Of a DNA stretch of 59,707 nucleotides, positions 26,938 to 34,697 are shown piece after piece. The position numbers and the translations under genes were made by a program. Each line of letters starts with the position of its first letter. The stretch's first letter is position 1. Origin of the DNA: a virus; IMG/VR virus record IMGVR_UViG_3300025381_000002. One strand, written 5' to 3'. Below the pieces are notes generated by a model. It made no database searches. It was not told the DNA's origin and worked only from the letters and a program-made list of their open reading frames with translations.

Positions 26938-29703
26938 TTATCCTGCTTCTTTTAATGTCCTACCAAATGCCCCCTCAGCGCCTAGTGGTATGCCAGGCAT
27001 CCATGTTGGTTCTTTGCACAGCTCCGCAATAATAAAGTCTAAGGCTTCTTGGGCTTCATCTTCAGGCACTACACAATAGCAACTATCATGGATAGTTAGG
27101 GCGATCTTATAGCGCTTGGTGATTCTCACCATCGCTTCCCCCATTATACACCTTGCTAAAGCCTGTATGGTATTTTGCACGGTTTTTGGGCCGTATATTC
27201 TACGGCGCGAACCTCTATGGCTAGCGTACGTCCACTCCGTGCCTGCCTCGGTGCGTATTTCTTTTAAATCAGGATATTTTAAATAGAGTCCTGACGGTAA
27301 CAACACGCCCCTCCTGCCCGCTACAGGTAAGTTAATCGTGCCAAAGGTTGCCGCTACATTGTCACGCATATCTTTTAATACTTGGCCGCCCTTAGCCCAA
27401 GTATTTTTAACCTCGCTAAACTCTTCCCTGTATAAGTCTACAATGCGTTTTGCTTCTGCTGCTCCTATATCTGTGCCCGACATAGCCCTAATAGACTCTC
27501 TTAACTTAACCGCCCCTGTACCAAAGCCAAGCCCAAGAACACAATTTAGGACTAGCACATTTCCAGCGGTGAATCGTTTTCTAGGCCCTGCGTCTAATAT
27601 GTCATAGACTCTAGCCTTGCTTTTAGCACTTTCCAATTTTTGCGCTTGTTGTGCACTGACTCCCATGCTTGTTGTATTATGTCTTCCCCTGTCAACCCTA
27701 AACGCACATACTTTCGAACCGTGGACATTTGAGTGTGGGGGTTTTCGTTCCATAGCGGGGCTAGAATTAACGCACCTTTCCAATCCACAAACACAGTATT
27801 TCGTCTGTTTTGTATTTGCTGCTGCCGATTTGCTAAACGCAAATTTGTTTTTGTATATCCTTTGTTGTTGTCCACTCTGTCTATTTCTACCCCCTTGTAG
27901 TCTTTGTGGGGTAAATGTTTTTCTACCCATAGAATAAACTCCATTCGGGAGGCAAACTCGCAGTATATCCCCCGCCCTCCATAATTCGGGTAGTTCCTGT
28001 TTTTGGGGTTTTGGCATCGGGCTATAATGGCATCGTACCTTCGACCTAAAGTTTCTGAGTGTTTTGATTTTGTTTGGGAGCATGATTGGCACCCTTTTGT
28101 CTTCCCCCGAGTAAGAGAAGACTTGTTTATCCATTTCTCCATTCCACATTGAGTACATTTTACGTACACCTAGATGCTCTTTCCTTGGCGGGTTATTTTG
28201 TCTGAAATAATCTGCACTAACCCGTATTGCCCGCCCACTAGCTCCTGTTCTAATAAGGGTTTCCATTCTGGATGCTGCGACCCCGAAAGGAATCGGCCCT
28301 TGCTCTGTGAATACACCGTGGTCTTCGGTAGCGGTGAGCCCATTGTAAGTGATGACATTTTTTTCCCCTTGGTAAATTACCCCTTTATGAGACACCCATT
28401 CTACCCCGTCCCATACCCTATCTTCAAGAGTTACTTTTTCTATAGCCTTTTCACCATGACTAGTTAACACTAATGTGCCCTCGGCAATGCAGGTTTTTCC
28501 TACAAAGCGTTGGTCTTTTGTTACTTCATCATAGGGTGCTTTAAATGCAGATGCAGCAAAGTCTTTATACAGGTCTTTACCTTCAGCAATAATCTTAAGC
28601 TTATCGAGCTGTCCTGAAAAATATAAACTCACTCTTAGCTCTATATTGCTTAAGTCAGCACCCACTATAACGTGCCCTTCTGGGGCTTGTATAGCTGATT
28701 TAATAGGTGATGTTCTAGGGATGTTCTGCATATTAAATGATACCCCACTCCACCTCCCCGATACATCCGCACCATAGTATTTAAGCGGTATAGGCAGGTA
28801 TCTATTTGTATGAGCAATCTCTATAAAAGTTTGGGTGCGGGTCTCTTCTATAGTAGATTTAGTGCCTAGTCTAGCCGCAACAATAGCTTGAACATCAAAG
28901 TCTGGGTAGTCTAATAATGCTTTCATATCCTCGTCAGTCTTAGCAAAGGCGTATGTTTCCTTACCCGTTGTGGGGCTTATCTTCATAGGTGGTACTACCC
29001 CATGCGATCTTAATACATCAGCGAATTTAGGATTAGACATTAAGTCCTCTTTAGCCATGCCACTAGCTGCCAGTAAATCTTCTTTGCGCCTTTTGGTATG
29101 GTGCAAGTGATCCTCTAGCGTAGGTAGGTCTAGGACAAAACTAGGCTCTGTGTGCATACGAATAGTCATATCAATGAGCTTTATCTCAATCCTATTAAAG
29201 TGTAGGGCTAAGTGGTTAAATAGTCCGTGAGTCAACTCTACATCGTTTATGCAATACTGGCCGTACTTAGCTAGTTCTTCTTCGCTAAAGTCTACTCGCC
29301 TAACCCCCATAGCACTGACTACTTCAGTGCCTTTCTGCCCTAACTCGTAATGCTCCGCTAGTTTGGCAAGTGACCCCCCTACTTCTGTGCCATGTACTGC
29401 CCTAGCCATAGACAAAGTGTCTATCCACAATTTAGGCTTTATGCCGAACTTCCACGTTAAAATAGTGGCATCGAATAAAGTGTTGTGGGCATACACCCAA
29501 GAATTTTCCCAATCAAACTGGGCTAACCATTTACTAGTCTCCTCCATTGTCCCGCTGAACCATTCAGCAGGGGCTTCATTTACTTTTACTGCTACTCCGA
29601 TAACCTCGAAGAGTGGGTGATCTATGTACTCTTGGGTACTTATTTTTGAGAGACTGTACTTTTTGTCGTAATAGGTCTCAAGGTCGACACCGATAATATC
29701 CAT
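26938..29703 (-). CDS. Family-A DNA polymerase precursor (605-aa polymerase plus 316-aa intein)
   Basis: Exo motifs DLET, NTLFDATIL and YCINDVELT. Pol motif A is GADLSNIELRV, motif B is split (RFVGKT / CVLGLGFGTG), and motif C is LTIHDSCY. Confidence 0.9.
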   Translation of the reverse strand: MDIIGVDLETYYDKKYSLSKISTQEYIDHPLFEVIGVAVKVNEAPAEWFSGTMEETSKWLAQFDWENSWVYAHNTLFDATILTWKFGIKPKLWIDTLSMARAVHGTEVGGSLAKLAEHYELGQKGTEVVSAMGVRRVDFSEEELAKYGQYCINDVELTHGLFNHLALHFNRIEIKLIDMTIRMHTEPSFVLDLPTLEDHLHHTKRRKEDLLAASGMAKEDLMSNPKFADVLRSHGVVPPMKISPTTGKETYAFAKTDEDMKALLDYPDFDVQAIVAARLGTKSTIEETRTQTFIEIAHTNRYLPIPLKYYGADVSGRWSGVSFNMQNIPRTSPIKSAIQAPEGHVIVGADLSNIELRVSLYFSGQLDKLKIIAEGKDLYKDFAASAFKAPYDEVTKDQRFVGKTCIAEGTLVLTSHGEKAIEKVTLEDRVWDGVEWVSHKGVIYQGEKNVITYNGLTATEDHGVFTEQGPIPFGVAASRMETLIRTGASGRAIRVSADYFRQNNPPRKEHLGVRKMYSMWNGEMDKQVFSYSGEDKRVPIMLPNKIKTLRNFRSKVRCHYSPMPKPQKQELPELWRAGDILRVCLPNGVYSMGRKTFTPQRLQGGRNRQSGQQQRIYKNKFAFSKSAAANTKQTKYCVCGLERCVNSSPAMERKPPHSNVHGSKVCAFRVDRGRHNTTSMGVSAQQAQKLESAKSKARVYDILDAGPRKRFTAGNVLVLNCVLGLGFGTGAVKLRESIRAMSGTDIGAAEAKRIVDLYREEFSEVKNTWAKGGQVLKDMRDNVAATFGTINLPVAGRRGVLLPSGLYLKYPDLKEIRTEAGTEWTYASHRGSRRRIYGPKTVQNTIQALARCIMGEAMVRITKRYKIALTIHDSCYCVVPEDEAQEALDFIIAELCKEPTWMPGIPLGAEGAFGRTLKEAG
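27544..28491 (-). mobile_element. Intein inserted in Pol A motif B
   Basis: Starts with Cys (CIAEGTLVLTSHG), has a TxxH block (LTATEDHGVFT), and ends RVYDILDAGPRKRFTAGNVLVLN followed by Cys+1. It is 948 nt (316 codons), and removing it restores motif B. Confidence 0.8.
27594..28169 (-). CDS. HNH_3/AP2-associated-type homing endonuclease-like gene nested out of frame inside the polymerase intein
   Basis: Its frame is offset by one nucleotide from the polymerase frame. TAG lies directly upstream, then a GTG start 7 nt after AAGGAAAGAG. The translation has a CTQCG...CQSC zinc ribbon, YGGRGI, and IDRVDNNKGYTKTNLRLANRQQQIQNRR. Confidence 0.7.
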   Translation of the reverse strand: MYVKCTQCGMEKWINKSSLTRGKTKGCQSCSQTKSKHSETLGRRYDAIIARCQNPKNRNYPNYGGRGIYCEFASRMEFILWVEKHLPHKDYKGVEIDRVDNNKGYTKTNLRLANRQQQIQNRRNTVFVDWKGALILAPLWNENPHTQMSTVRKYVRLGLTGEDIIQQAWESVHNKRKNWKVLKARLESMTY

Positions 29704-29969
29704 TCTTTTAACTCCGCTATATTGGTTTCATTAATAACCCACGCTATACCTTCCGCAGCTTTTATTCGTTCTATTTCCCTAGCCTGTATAGCCGTGGCTT
29801 GCTTGTTGCCCGCTTTTGTTTCAATGGCGATAAATAATCCTTGATGACAAATGATAAAATCAGGCACTGCTGATTTGCCATAACCTGAACCCACAGGCAT
29901 ACAGTACCAAGCGCCTACATCAACAAGGATTTCTTTAACTCTTTTTTTAATAGCGCCCTCGGGGGTCAT
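29640..29969 (-). CDS. VRR-NUC domain nuclease
   Basis: GKSAVPDFIICHQGLFIAIETKAGNKQATAIQ matches the VRR-NUC core. Its 3' end overlaps the polymerase start by 64 nt. Confidence 0.8.
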   Translation of the reverse strand: MTPEGAIKKRVKEILVDVGAWYCMPVGSGYGKSAVPDFIICHQGLFIAIETKAGNKQATAIQAREIERIKAAEGIAWVINETNIAELKEWILSVSTLRPITTKSTVSQK

Positions 29970-30226
29970 TAGAGCCCCCCTATTTTATTTAACGCCCATA
30001 ACACATTAGTGACTATCAACCCCACTATTAAGAAGTGGTTTCTTTTATTGATTATGTACATCCTAGCCGCAGCTATTTGAACTAGAAAAGCTATCGCTTC
30101 ATTAATTTCAGGATCGTTTTTATTTTGTGAATATTCCTCCCAGCAAATGGATAGCTCGTGCACTATTTCATCTGTGGGTATTCTACGATCATCATTTAAT
30201 TCAATCCAAGGCATCAGGTTCACCAA
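29969..30226 (-). CDS. Hypothetical protein with C-terminal hydrophobic segment
   Basis: An 85-aa ORF coupled to both neighbours. Confidence 0.45.
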   Translation of the reverse strand: MVNLMPWIELNDDRRIPTDEIVHELSICWEEYSQNKNDPEINEAIAFLVQIAAARMYIINKRNHFLIVGLIVTNVLWALNKIGGL

Positions 30227-30776
30227 ATATAATAGGCGCAGCGTGTTGTAAATGCAGTTTGATTTTAAGGGCTACTTCTCGCACCTCAAGTTGAGCGGAT
30301 TTAGATGTTCTAAGTTTAATAAAGTCTACCCATGCTTGATAGTTACCCACTACATAGAGTTCTGTTTCCTGTGCTTGTGGTAGAATATATCTAGCGTCTT
30401 GTTTAGCAAACCCCCCATCCCGCAGTTCTTTATAGAGTTGTGCGCCTTCTTGTATGTGGCGATTAATAACCTCAAGGTTCTCTGGATGTATGGTTTCAAA
30501 TGCAACAGGCAAAATATACTCAGCTTCGCTTTCGTCACAGTACCTAGAGCTTCGTACTAAATAATCTAAATGCTTACTTCTTGTAAGCTGGGCTAGGCAT
30601 ACTCTGCTAATTCCTTCAATGCGAAATACAGCACTACCAAACCGCAGCACAGATAAGTGCCCAACCCCAATAATGTGAGCCAATCGTTTCTCGTCATTAC
30701 CTTCTCTCCCATAACAAATGCCAGCGTATTTCCCTAAAGTAAGGGGGTGCGTATATTGTTCTAATGCTACTTTCAT
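30201..30776 (-). CDS. ThyX-like (flavin-dependent thymidylate synthase fold) protein with a deviant signature motif
   Basis: GHLSVLRFGSAVFRIEGISRVCLAQLTRSKHLDYLVRSSRY and ARYILP...FIKLRTSKSAQLEVREVA align by eye with ThyX blocks. However, RHRxxS reads RSKHLD. Confidence 0.65.
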   Translation of the reverse strand: MKVALEQYTHPLTLGKYAGICYGREGNDEKRLAHIIGVGHLSVLRFGSAVFRIEGISRVCLAQLTRSKHLDYLVRSSRYCDESEAEYILPVAFETIHPENLEVINRHIQEGAQLYKELRDGGFAKQDARYILPQAQETELYVVGNYQAWVDFIKLRTSKSAQLEVREVALKIKLHLQHAAPIIFGEPDALD

Positions 30777-30785
30777 TCTTTTTCC

Positions 30786-31163
30786 CTAGTTTAATCTTTT
30801 AGACACATAAAAGGTGTGGTGTTCTATTCTACGGGTAATCTTGCCCGCGTATTTTGGTATTCTACTTCTTTCCCAGCTATCCGCAGCACCGACAATAGAC
30901 TTGCCTCCTTTTAAAATAGACTCGGCTAGCACCATATAATACTCTGCTAAATCCGCAGGTGGACTCTTACGTGTAACACCTTTTATATTACACACCGCAC
31001 GCCTAGTAGCCTTCGCCCTATTTATACTTGCCTGAGCTACTGCTACCAATCCTTCTAAACTTTCTCCTGATGCTTCGCTGACCATTATAGCTGCTAAGCA
31101 CTCTTTTTCTCCTGCTGAACTCAGTGTAGGCAATAACACTAAGAGCAGGGCTAACACTTTCAT
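30786..31163 (-). CDS. Secreted SleB-like cell-wall hydrolase
   Basis: Signal peptide MKVLALLLVLLPTLSSAG, then ECLAAIMVSEASGESLEGLVAVAQASINRA (Hydrolase_2-like pattern). Confidence 0.6.
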   Translation of the reverse strand: MKVLALLLVLLPTLSSAGEKECLAAIMVSEASGESLEGLVAVAQASINRAKATRRAVCNIKGVTRKSPPADLAEYYMVLAESILKGGKSIVGAADSWERSRIPKYAGKITRRIEHHTFYVSKRLN

Positions 31164-31182
31164 CTATACTGTACCATGATGG

Positions 31183-31329
31183 TTACCTCTGATGCTTTAT
31201 AAAATGCGCTTCGCCTATGGGGTGTTCTTTCCCGCAATCAACGCACACTTTTTTATTCATCCCGTAATAGTTTCTAAAAATAATGCACTTGTGAGGAGGG
31301 CAAAACCATTTCTTAAATAACTCTTTCAT
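31183..31329 (-). CDS. Small Cys4 zinc-ribbon protein (48 aa, below the ORF-track cut-off)
   Basis: MKELFKKWFCPPHKC...CVDCGKEH. It shares the same 26-nt initiation region as the gene at 31677. Confidence 0.35.
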   Translation of the reverse strand: MKELFKKWFCPPHKCIIFRNYYGMNKKVCVDCGKEHPIGEAHFIKHQR

Positions 31330-31332
31330 TTC

Positions 31333-31677
31333 TTACCCTCTATATTTGCGTAACAAGTGTTTAGAATATTTATGGTTTTCTTTAAAAATATTATTTACTT
31401 CTACCAACACCATTGTTTCAACTTCCCGTCTAGTTAAAACCCCTGATTTTGGAATAACCCCCTCCTCTCTATCTTTTCGCAATTGCCCCACTGCTTTTTT
31501 ATAGTTGTTTAAATAAGTGTCTTGATCCAACCTGCCTTGCACTAATAAATAAAAATCTATTAACCTTTGGAGTGTCGTCAACCCGCTGTAGTCATCTTGC
31601 GAACCCATATCAAAACCAACTTGAGCCCCCAATTTTTTTATTAGTTCAATTTCAGCCCCACTTATTAACTCTTTCAT
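31333..31677 (-). CDS. Hypothetical protein
   Basis: A 114-aa ORF whose ATG overlaps the upstream stop codon (ATGA). Confidence 0.5.
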   Translation of the reverse strand: MKELISGAEIELIKKLGAQVGFDMGSQDDYSGLTTLQRLIDFYLLVQGRLDQDTYLNNYKKAVGQLRKDREEGVIPKSGVLTRREVETMVLVEVNNIFKENHKYSKHLLRKYRG

Positions 31678-32039
31678 TTCTTACCCTCTATTTTTTCTAT
31701 CTCCCTGTTTAAATAGGCTCTAGCTTTTTTTAAGTCATCCAACTTATTACCCTTGTGCCCCGCACGAAGGATATACTTAGTCACATTACCTATATTATAG
31801 TTTAACCCAAAGGCTTCTATTATATCCCATACTTCAAAACCGCCTTTTTTATAATGCGCTGGGCTGTTAATAAGATCGGGTGTTGCAGGTGATTCTTTTA
31901 TTTTCCATACAGGTTTAACCACTGTTTCGTGGTGACTACTTAAATTTATATCTTCTAAATCGCTCATTTTATAATCCTCATTTTGTTTAGGGTAATTCCA
32001 GAGATTTATGGGGGGTAAAACAAAGTCTGCCCAATTCAT
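31674..32039 (-). CDS. DUF3310-family protein
   Basis: SPAHYKKGGFEVWDIIEAFGLNYNIGNVTKYILRAGHKG..DDLKKARAYL matches the DUF3310 pattern. Confidence 0.7.
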   Translation of the reverse strand: MNWADFVLPPINLWNYPKQNEDYKMSDLEDINLSSHHETVVKPVWKIKESPATPDLINSPAHYKKGGFEVWDIIEAFGLNYNIGNVTKYILRAGHKGNKLDDLKKARAYLNREIEKIEGKK

Positions 32040-32158
32040 ACTAGGCCTTTAGAGGCAAGGACCCCATTTAGAATAGCCATAAATAAACAATGATATTGTA
32101 AGCACCCATACAATTTTTGCATGGGTATCAAAGTAACCGCCTATTTCTCTTTTTTGTT

Positions 32159-32353
32159 TCATAACTCACTCGCATCTCTACATTCTGTTGAACACCACCT
32201 GCGATTATCTGCAACAGGGGTATCGCACTCCCAGCATTGACCTGACTCATTTTGAAAGGGATTAATGTCCTTTTTGTTTAGCTTTATTTGAACTTCAAGT
32301 ATCAACTGCGCTTGGGCGTTAGCTTTGTCTATATCATCTGCCATACTGTTCAC
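32159..32353 (-). CDS. TraR/DksA-type C4 zinc-finger protein
   Basis: CWECDTPVADNRRWCSTEC at the C-terminus of a 64-aa protein. Confidence 0.5.
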   Translation of the reverse strand: MNSMADDIDKANAQAQLILEVQIKLNKKDINPFQNESGQCWECDTPVADNRRWCSTECRDASEL

Positions 32354-32358
32354 TTGCT

Positions 32359-32529
32359 TTAAAAGGGTTGCTCTTCGGTTTCTTGCGATTTTTGTTTGAC
32401 GTTTTGTTTGCCATTCTTTTTAACCTTTTTTTGCCCTGCGTTAAATCCTGTCTCATAGATCAGGCGTATAGTTTCTACTAAGTCATTTTTTGAGCGCCAT
32501 AATTCGTAGCATTCGTCTTCTGACAACAT
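32359..32529 (-). CDS. Small hypothetical protein (56 aa, below the ORF-track cut-off)
   Basis: The ATG at 32529 opens a frame through to TAA at 32359-32361. It fills an otherwise empty gap in the operon. Confidence 0.3.
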   Translation of the reverse strand: MLSEDECYELWRSKNDLVETIRLIYETGFNAGQKKVKKNGKQNVKQKSQETEEQPF

Positions 32530-32583
32530 TTAAAACCTCTTATCTTTGATAACAGTTGTTTATCTTACCACACCCTTACTCGC

Positions 32584-32811
32584 TTATCTATTCCTCCAGT
32601 ACCCTTCTGGTTTTCCTTCTTTATCGGCTTCGTTTGCAAAGACCACAGGTGACAACCCTCTTAAATATTTACCATTACCTGTATCACACCTAAAGTAATA
32701 CGTCTTAGGTAGGGCTGTTGACGCTATATATTCTGCCGCGTCCTGATCTTCTGCTTCGATTTCAATCTTAAAATTAATTATCGCTGTGTACTTTTTCATT
32801 GCATTACCCAT
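32584..32811 (-). CDS. Hypothetical protein
   Basis: A 75-aa ORF. Confidence 0.5.
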   Translation of the reverse strand: MGNAMKKYTAIINFKIEIEAEDQDAAEYIASTALPKTYYFRCDTGNGKYLRGLSPVVFANEADKEGKPEGYWRNR

Positions 32812-32900
32812 ATTGCTTTAAACAAAAAAGATGCAAACGCTATCACCACCACACCTATCGAAAATATTGCAAAAACCATTACCATTTCATCTAATCTCAT
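32796..32900 (-). CDS. Tiny single-pass membrane peptide (34 aa)
   Basis: MRLDEMVMVFAIFSIGVVVIAFASFLFKAIWVMQ. Its start overlaps the upstream stop, and its end overlaps the next gene. Confidence 0.3.
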   Translation of the reverse strand: MRLDEMVMVFAIFSIGVVVIAFASFLFKAIWVMQ

Positions 32901-33064
32901 CACTCCACCTCTTCTATTTCAGCATTAGCCGATATGTGTACAATTGCATTGCCTAGGAAGCATACGGAGTATACCCCGTCTATATGATCTAATAAGAACA
33001 CTGTGCCTGAGCTGTCCTCAATTAGTTTAAATCGTTTGTCATTACCTAACTCGTACAGTTTCAT
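32900..33064 (-). CDS. Small hypothetical protein (54 aa)
   Basis: The ATG at 33064 opens a frame to TGA at 32900-32902, chained to its neighbours by overlapping stop/start codons. Confidence 0.35.
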   Translation of the reverse strand: MKLYELGNDKRFKLIEDSSGTVFLLDHIDGVYSVCFLGNAIVHISANAEIEEVE

Positions 33065-33067
33065 TTT

Positions 33068-33499
33068 TTATAACTCCTCTAATATGGCTAGCTGATTAGA
33101 TATTACAACAACATCGTGTCCGTAATACCCATTATGGCTGTTATAGCAAACGATCTGGAAAGTACCTTTAGATGTATAAAAATTAATAAACATGGCCGCA
33201 TCTAAAACATCATAATCATCACGACTAGGATCTAATTCATAAGTTTTTAACGCAGTATCTACTGACACTATAGTTAGCAAGTCCGCCCCTATAAAATCAT
33301 CGAAGTTATCCAAGGAAGACAAGTAGCCCCATTCCTCACAACACTTTTGCTCATTGCTAACACCAACAATTATTTCTTGTTTATCCGTTGTGATTTTATA
33401 ACCATCATAATAGCTATCGAAAAATTTATTTACTCCGTGTGATTTGTAGTTCGATATTTCTTCTATACTTATTATTTTTTCTGCGGTTATTTTATTCAT
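33068..33499 (-). CDS. Hypothetical protein
   Basis: A 143-aa ORF containing CCEEWGY and NSHNGYYGHDV. Confidence 0.55.
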   Translation of the reverse strand: MNKITAEKIISIEEISNYKSHGVNKFFDSYYDGYKITTDKQEIIVGVSNEQKCCEEWGYLSSLDNFDDFIGADLLTIVSVDTALKTYELDPSRDDYDVLDAAMFINFYTSKGTFQIVCYNSHNGYYGHDVVVISNQLAILEEL

Positions 33500-33651
33500 C
33501 TCTTATCCTCTCTTATTTTTATACAAGCTATCATTTTTCTAATGTCATCGTAAGTACTTACAGCAAACCAGATAGTGCAAATAGCAACGAAAGCAACAAC
33601 TAGTGTTAAACCTATGCACCCAAGTAATTCTATATAAAGACCAATACTCAT
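33496..33651 (-). CDS. Small membrane protein (51 aa)
   Basis: MSIGLYIELLGCIGLTLVVAFVAICTIWFAV... has ATGA overlaps at both ends. It is preferred over the 67-aa ORF-track entry in another frame. Confidence 0.4.
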   Translation of the reverse strand: MSIGLYIELLGCIGLTLVVAFVAICTIWFAVSTYDDIRKMIACIKIREDKR

Positions 33652-33761
33652 TTCTTTTTATCCTCTTTCTTTTTACCAAAAATAGCATCCCAATTATCGT
33701 TGTATTTCTTTCGATCCGTTGGGCGTTGTTTTGAACCCTTGCCACCATGTGTTTGTGTCAT
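33648..33761 (-). CDS. Small basic protein (37 aa), GKGS..RP...NWDAIFGKK type
   Basis: MTQTHGGKGSKQRPTDRKKYNDNWDAIFGKK is a recurrent small phage-protein pattern. It has ATGA overlaps at both ends. Confidence 0.45.
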   Translation of the reverse strand: MTQTHGGKGSKQRPTDRKKYNDNWDAIFGKKKEDKKK

Positions 33762-34000
33762 TTTTCACCTCCAATACCGTGGACTTTCTCCGCCTCCCCC
33801 TTTATTAAGTTGGTTATATAAGACTTAAATAAATTTATCGTCATTCTTGTAGCTACCGATTTAATCTTTCTTAATTGCATACTTATTATTCCATCGCAGT
33901 CAGGGCAAACGTCCTCAATCTTACCAGTCTTATAACAGTCAAGCAGTTCATTGACGTAGGGTGCTGTTTTATGGCATATATCACATCTAGGCATCATCAC
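33758..34000 (-). CDS. Cys4 zinc-ribbon protein ending in the family tail HGIGGEK
   Basis: CDICHK...CPDCDG. Its C-terminus, EKVHGIGGEK, shares the 3' cassette of the neighbouring paralog family. Confidence 0.55.
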   Translation of the reverse strand: MMMPRCDICHKTAPYVNELLDCYKTGKIEDVCPDCDGIISMQLRKIKSVATRMTINLFKSYITNLIKGEAEKVHGIGGEK

Positions 34001-34397
34001 CTCCTATTCCGTGTGCTTTTTCTGCAAACCTAACGCCAGCATCAAAAGCCTGTTGTCTTTCTCGAGTGAAAGCCCCCTCAGGGTATGTTATTTCGCGACA
34101 ACTCAAGGGCTCTTGTTTTGGTGGCGCTGTGTAGAGTGGTATTATTACTCCGTCAAAATTCTTTTCAACCCCTGCTGATAAAGTGCGCTCTGTAAAATCT
34201 CCGTTTTGGCGCTCATACATCCAAGCCACGGGCGTTTGCTCAGGTTGGGCGAGTCTTGATCCAGCTTCATATTGGGCAAGTAGCTCCTCTGCATCGGCTT
34301 TTAAGAAACACCAATCATCGTAATTCCACTTACTGTCGGCAAATCTTTTCAAAAGCTCTCTTTCTTCACTCATCTTTATAATCTTCCTATTAGACAA
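33987..34397 (-). CDS. Early paralog family member 1 (SEERELLK...LAQPEQ.PVAW...PLYT.P...EKAHGIGGDD)
   Basis: 136 aa, sharing N-terminal, central and C-terminal motifs with 34587..34949 and the broken copy at 34939..35236. Confidence 0.6.
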   Translation of the reverse strand: MSNRKIIKMSEERELLKRFADSKWNYDDWCFLKADAEELLAQYEAGSRLAQPEQTPVAWMYERQNGDFTERTLSAGVEKNFDGVIIPLYTAPPKQEPLSCREITYPEGAFTRERQQAFDAGVRFAEKAHGIGGDDA

Positions 34398-34597
34398 TTC
34401 CTTAAATCCAACATCGCTATTTTAAAGTCATCATCAGATTTAATTTCCTTACCTTTCCAGAAGATGTCACCCTCTGGAGTTATTTTAATAACTCCTTCCC
34501 CTTGTTTACTAAAAGATACTGAAAATAGTTTCGGGTCTGTGGCTGTTATTCTATAGCCCTCAGTTAATCCGCTTCTTGATATTTCTTCACTCATCAT
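34376..34597 (-). CDS. Hypothetical protein
   Basis: A 73-aa ORF. Its start region, MMSEE, lies in the conserved family junction cassette. Confidence 0.5.
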   Translation of the reverse strand: MMSEEISRSGLTEGYRITATDPKLFSVSFSKQGEGVIKITPEGDIFWKGKEIKSDDDFKIAMLDLRNCLIGRL

Positions 34598-34697
34598 CTA
34601 CTCCAATACCGTGTGCTTTTTCAACACCTCTAACTAAATCAGTAAAAGAAACGTCCCTATGAATAAGACCTATATTGTCCTCAAGCCATTCATTACT
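34582..34697 (-). repeat. Copy 1 of a ~116-bp dispersed repeat (first 80 bp identical to 34934-35013)
   Basis: Direct comparison: 34582-34661 equals 34934-35013 exactly. The next ~36 bp are diverged. Confidence 0.9.

Noticed and set aside
28170-28358. 62-aa ORF in the endonuclease frame just upstream of the nested HNH gene
   Set aside because: In this stretch the polymerase/intein frame carries the recognisable Hint block (LTATEDHGVFT...). The 62-aa translation has no features and ends in TAG directly before the HNH start.
33545-33748. 67-aa ORF-track entry on the minus strand
   Set aside because: The translation looks implausible (Cys/Arg/Tyr-rich). The same region holds two small ORFs in another frame (33648..33761 and 33496..33651). 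Those are chained to their neighbours by ATGA overlaps, and one has a recognisable GKGS..RP..NWDAIFGKK pattern.
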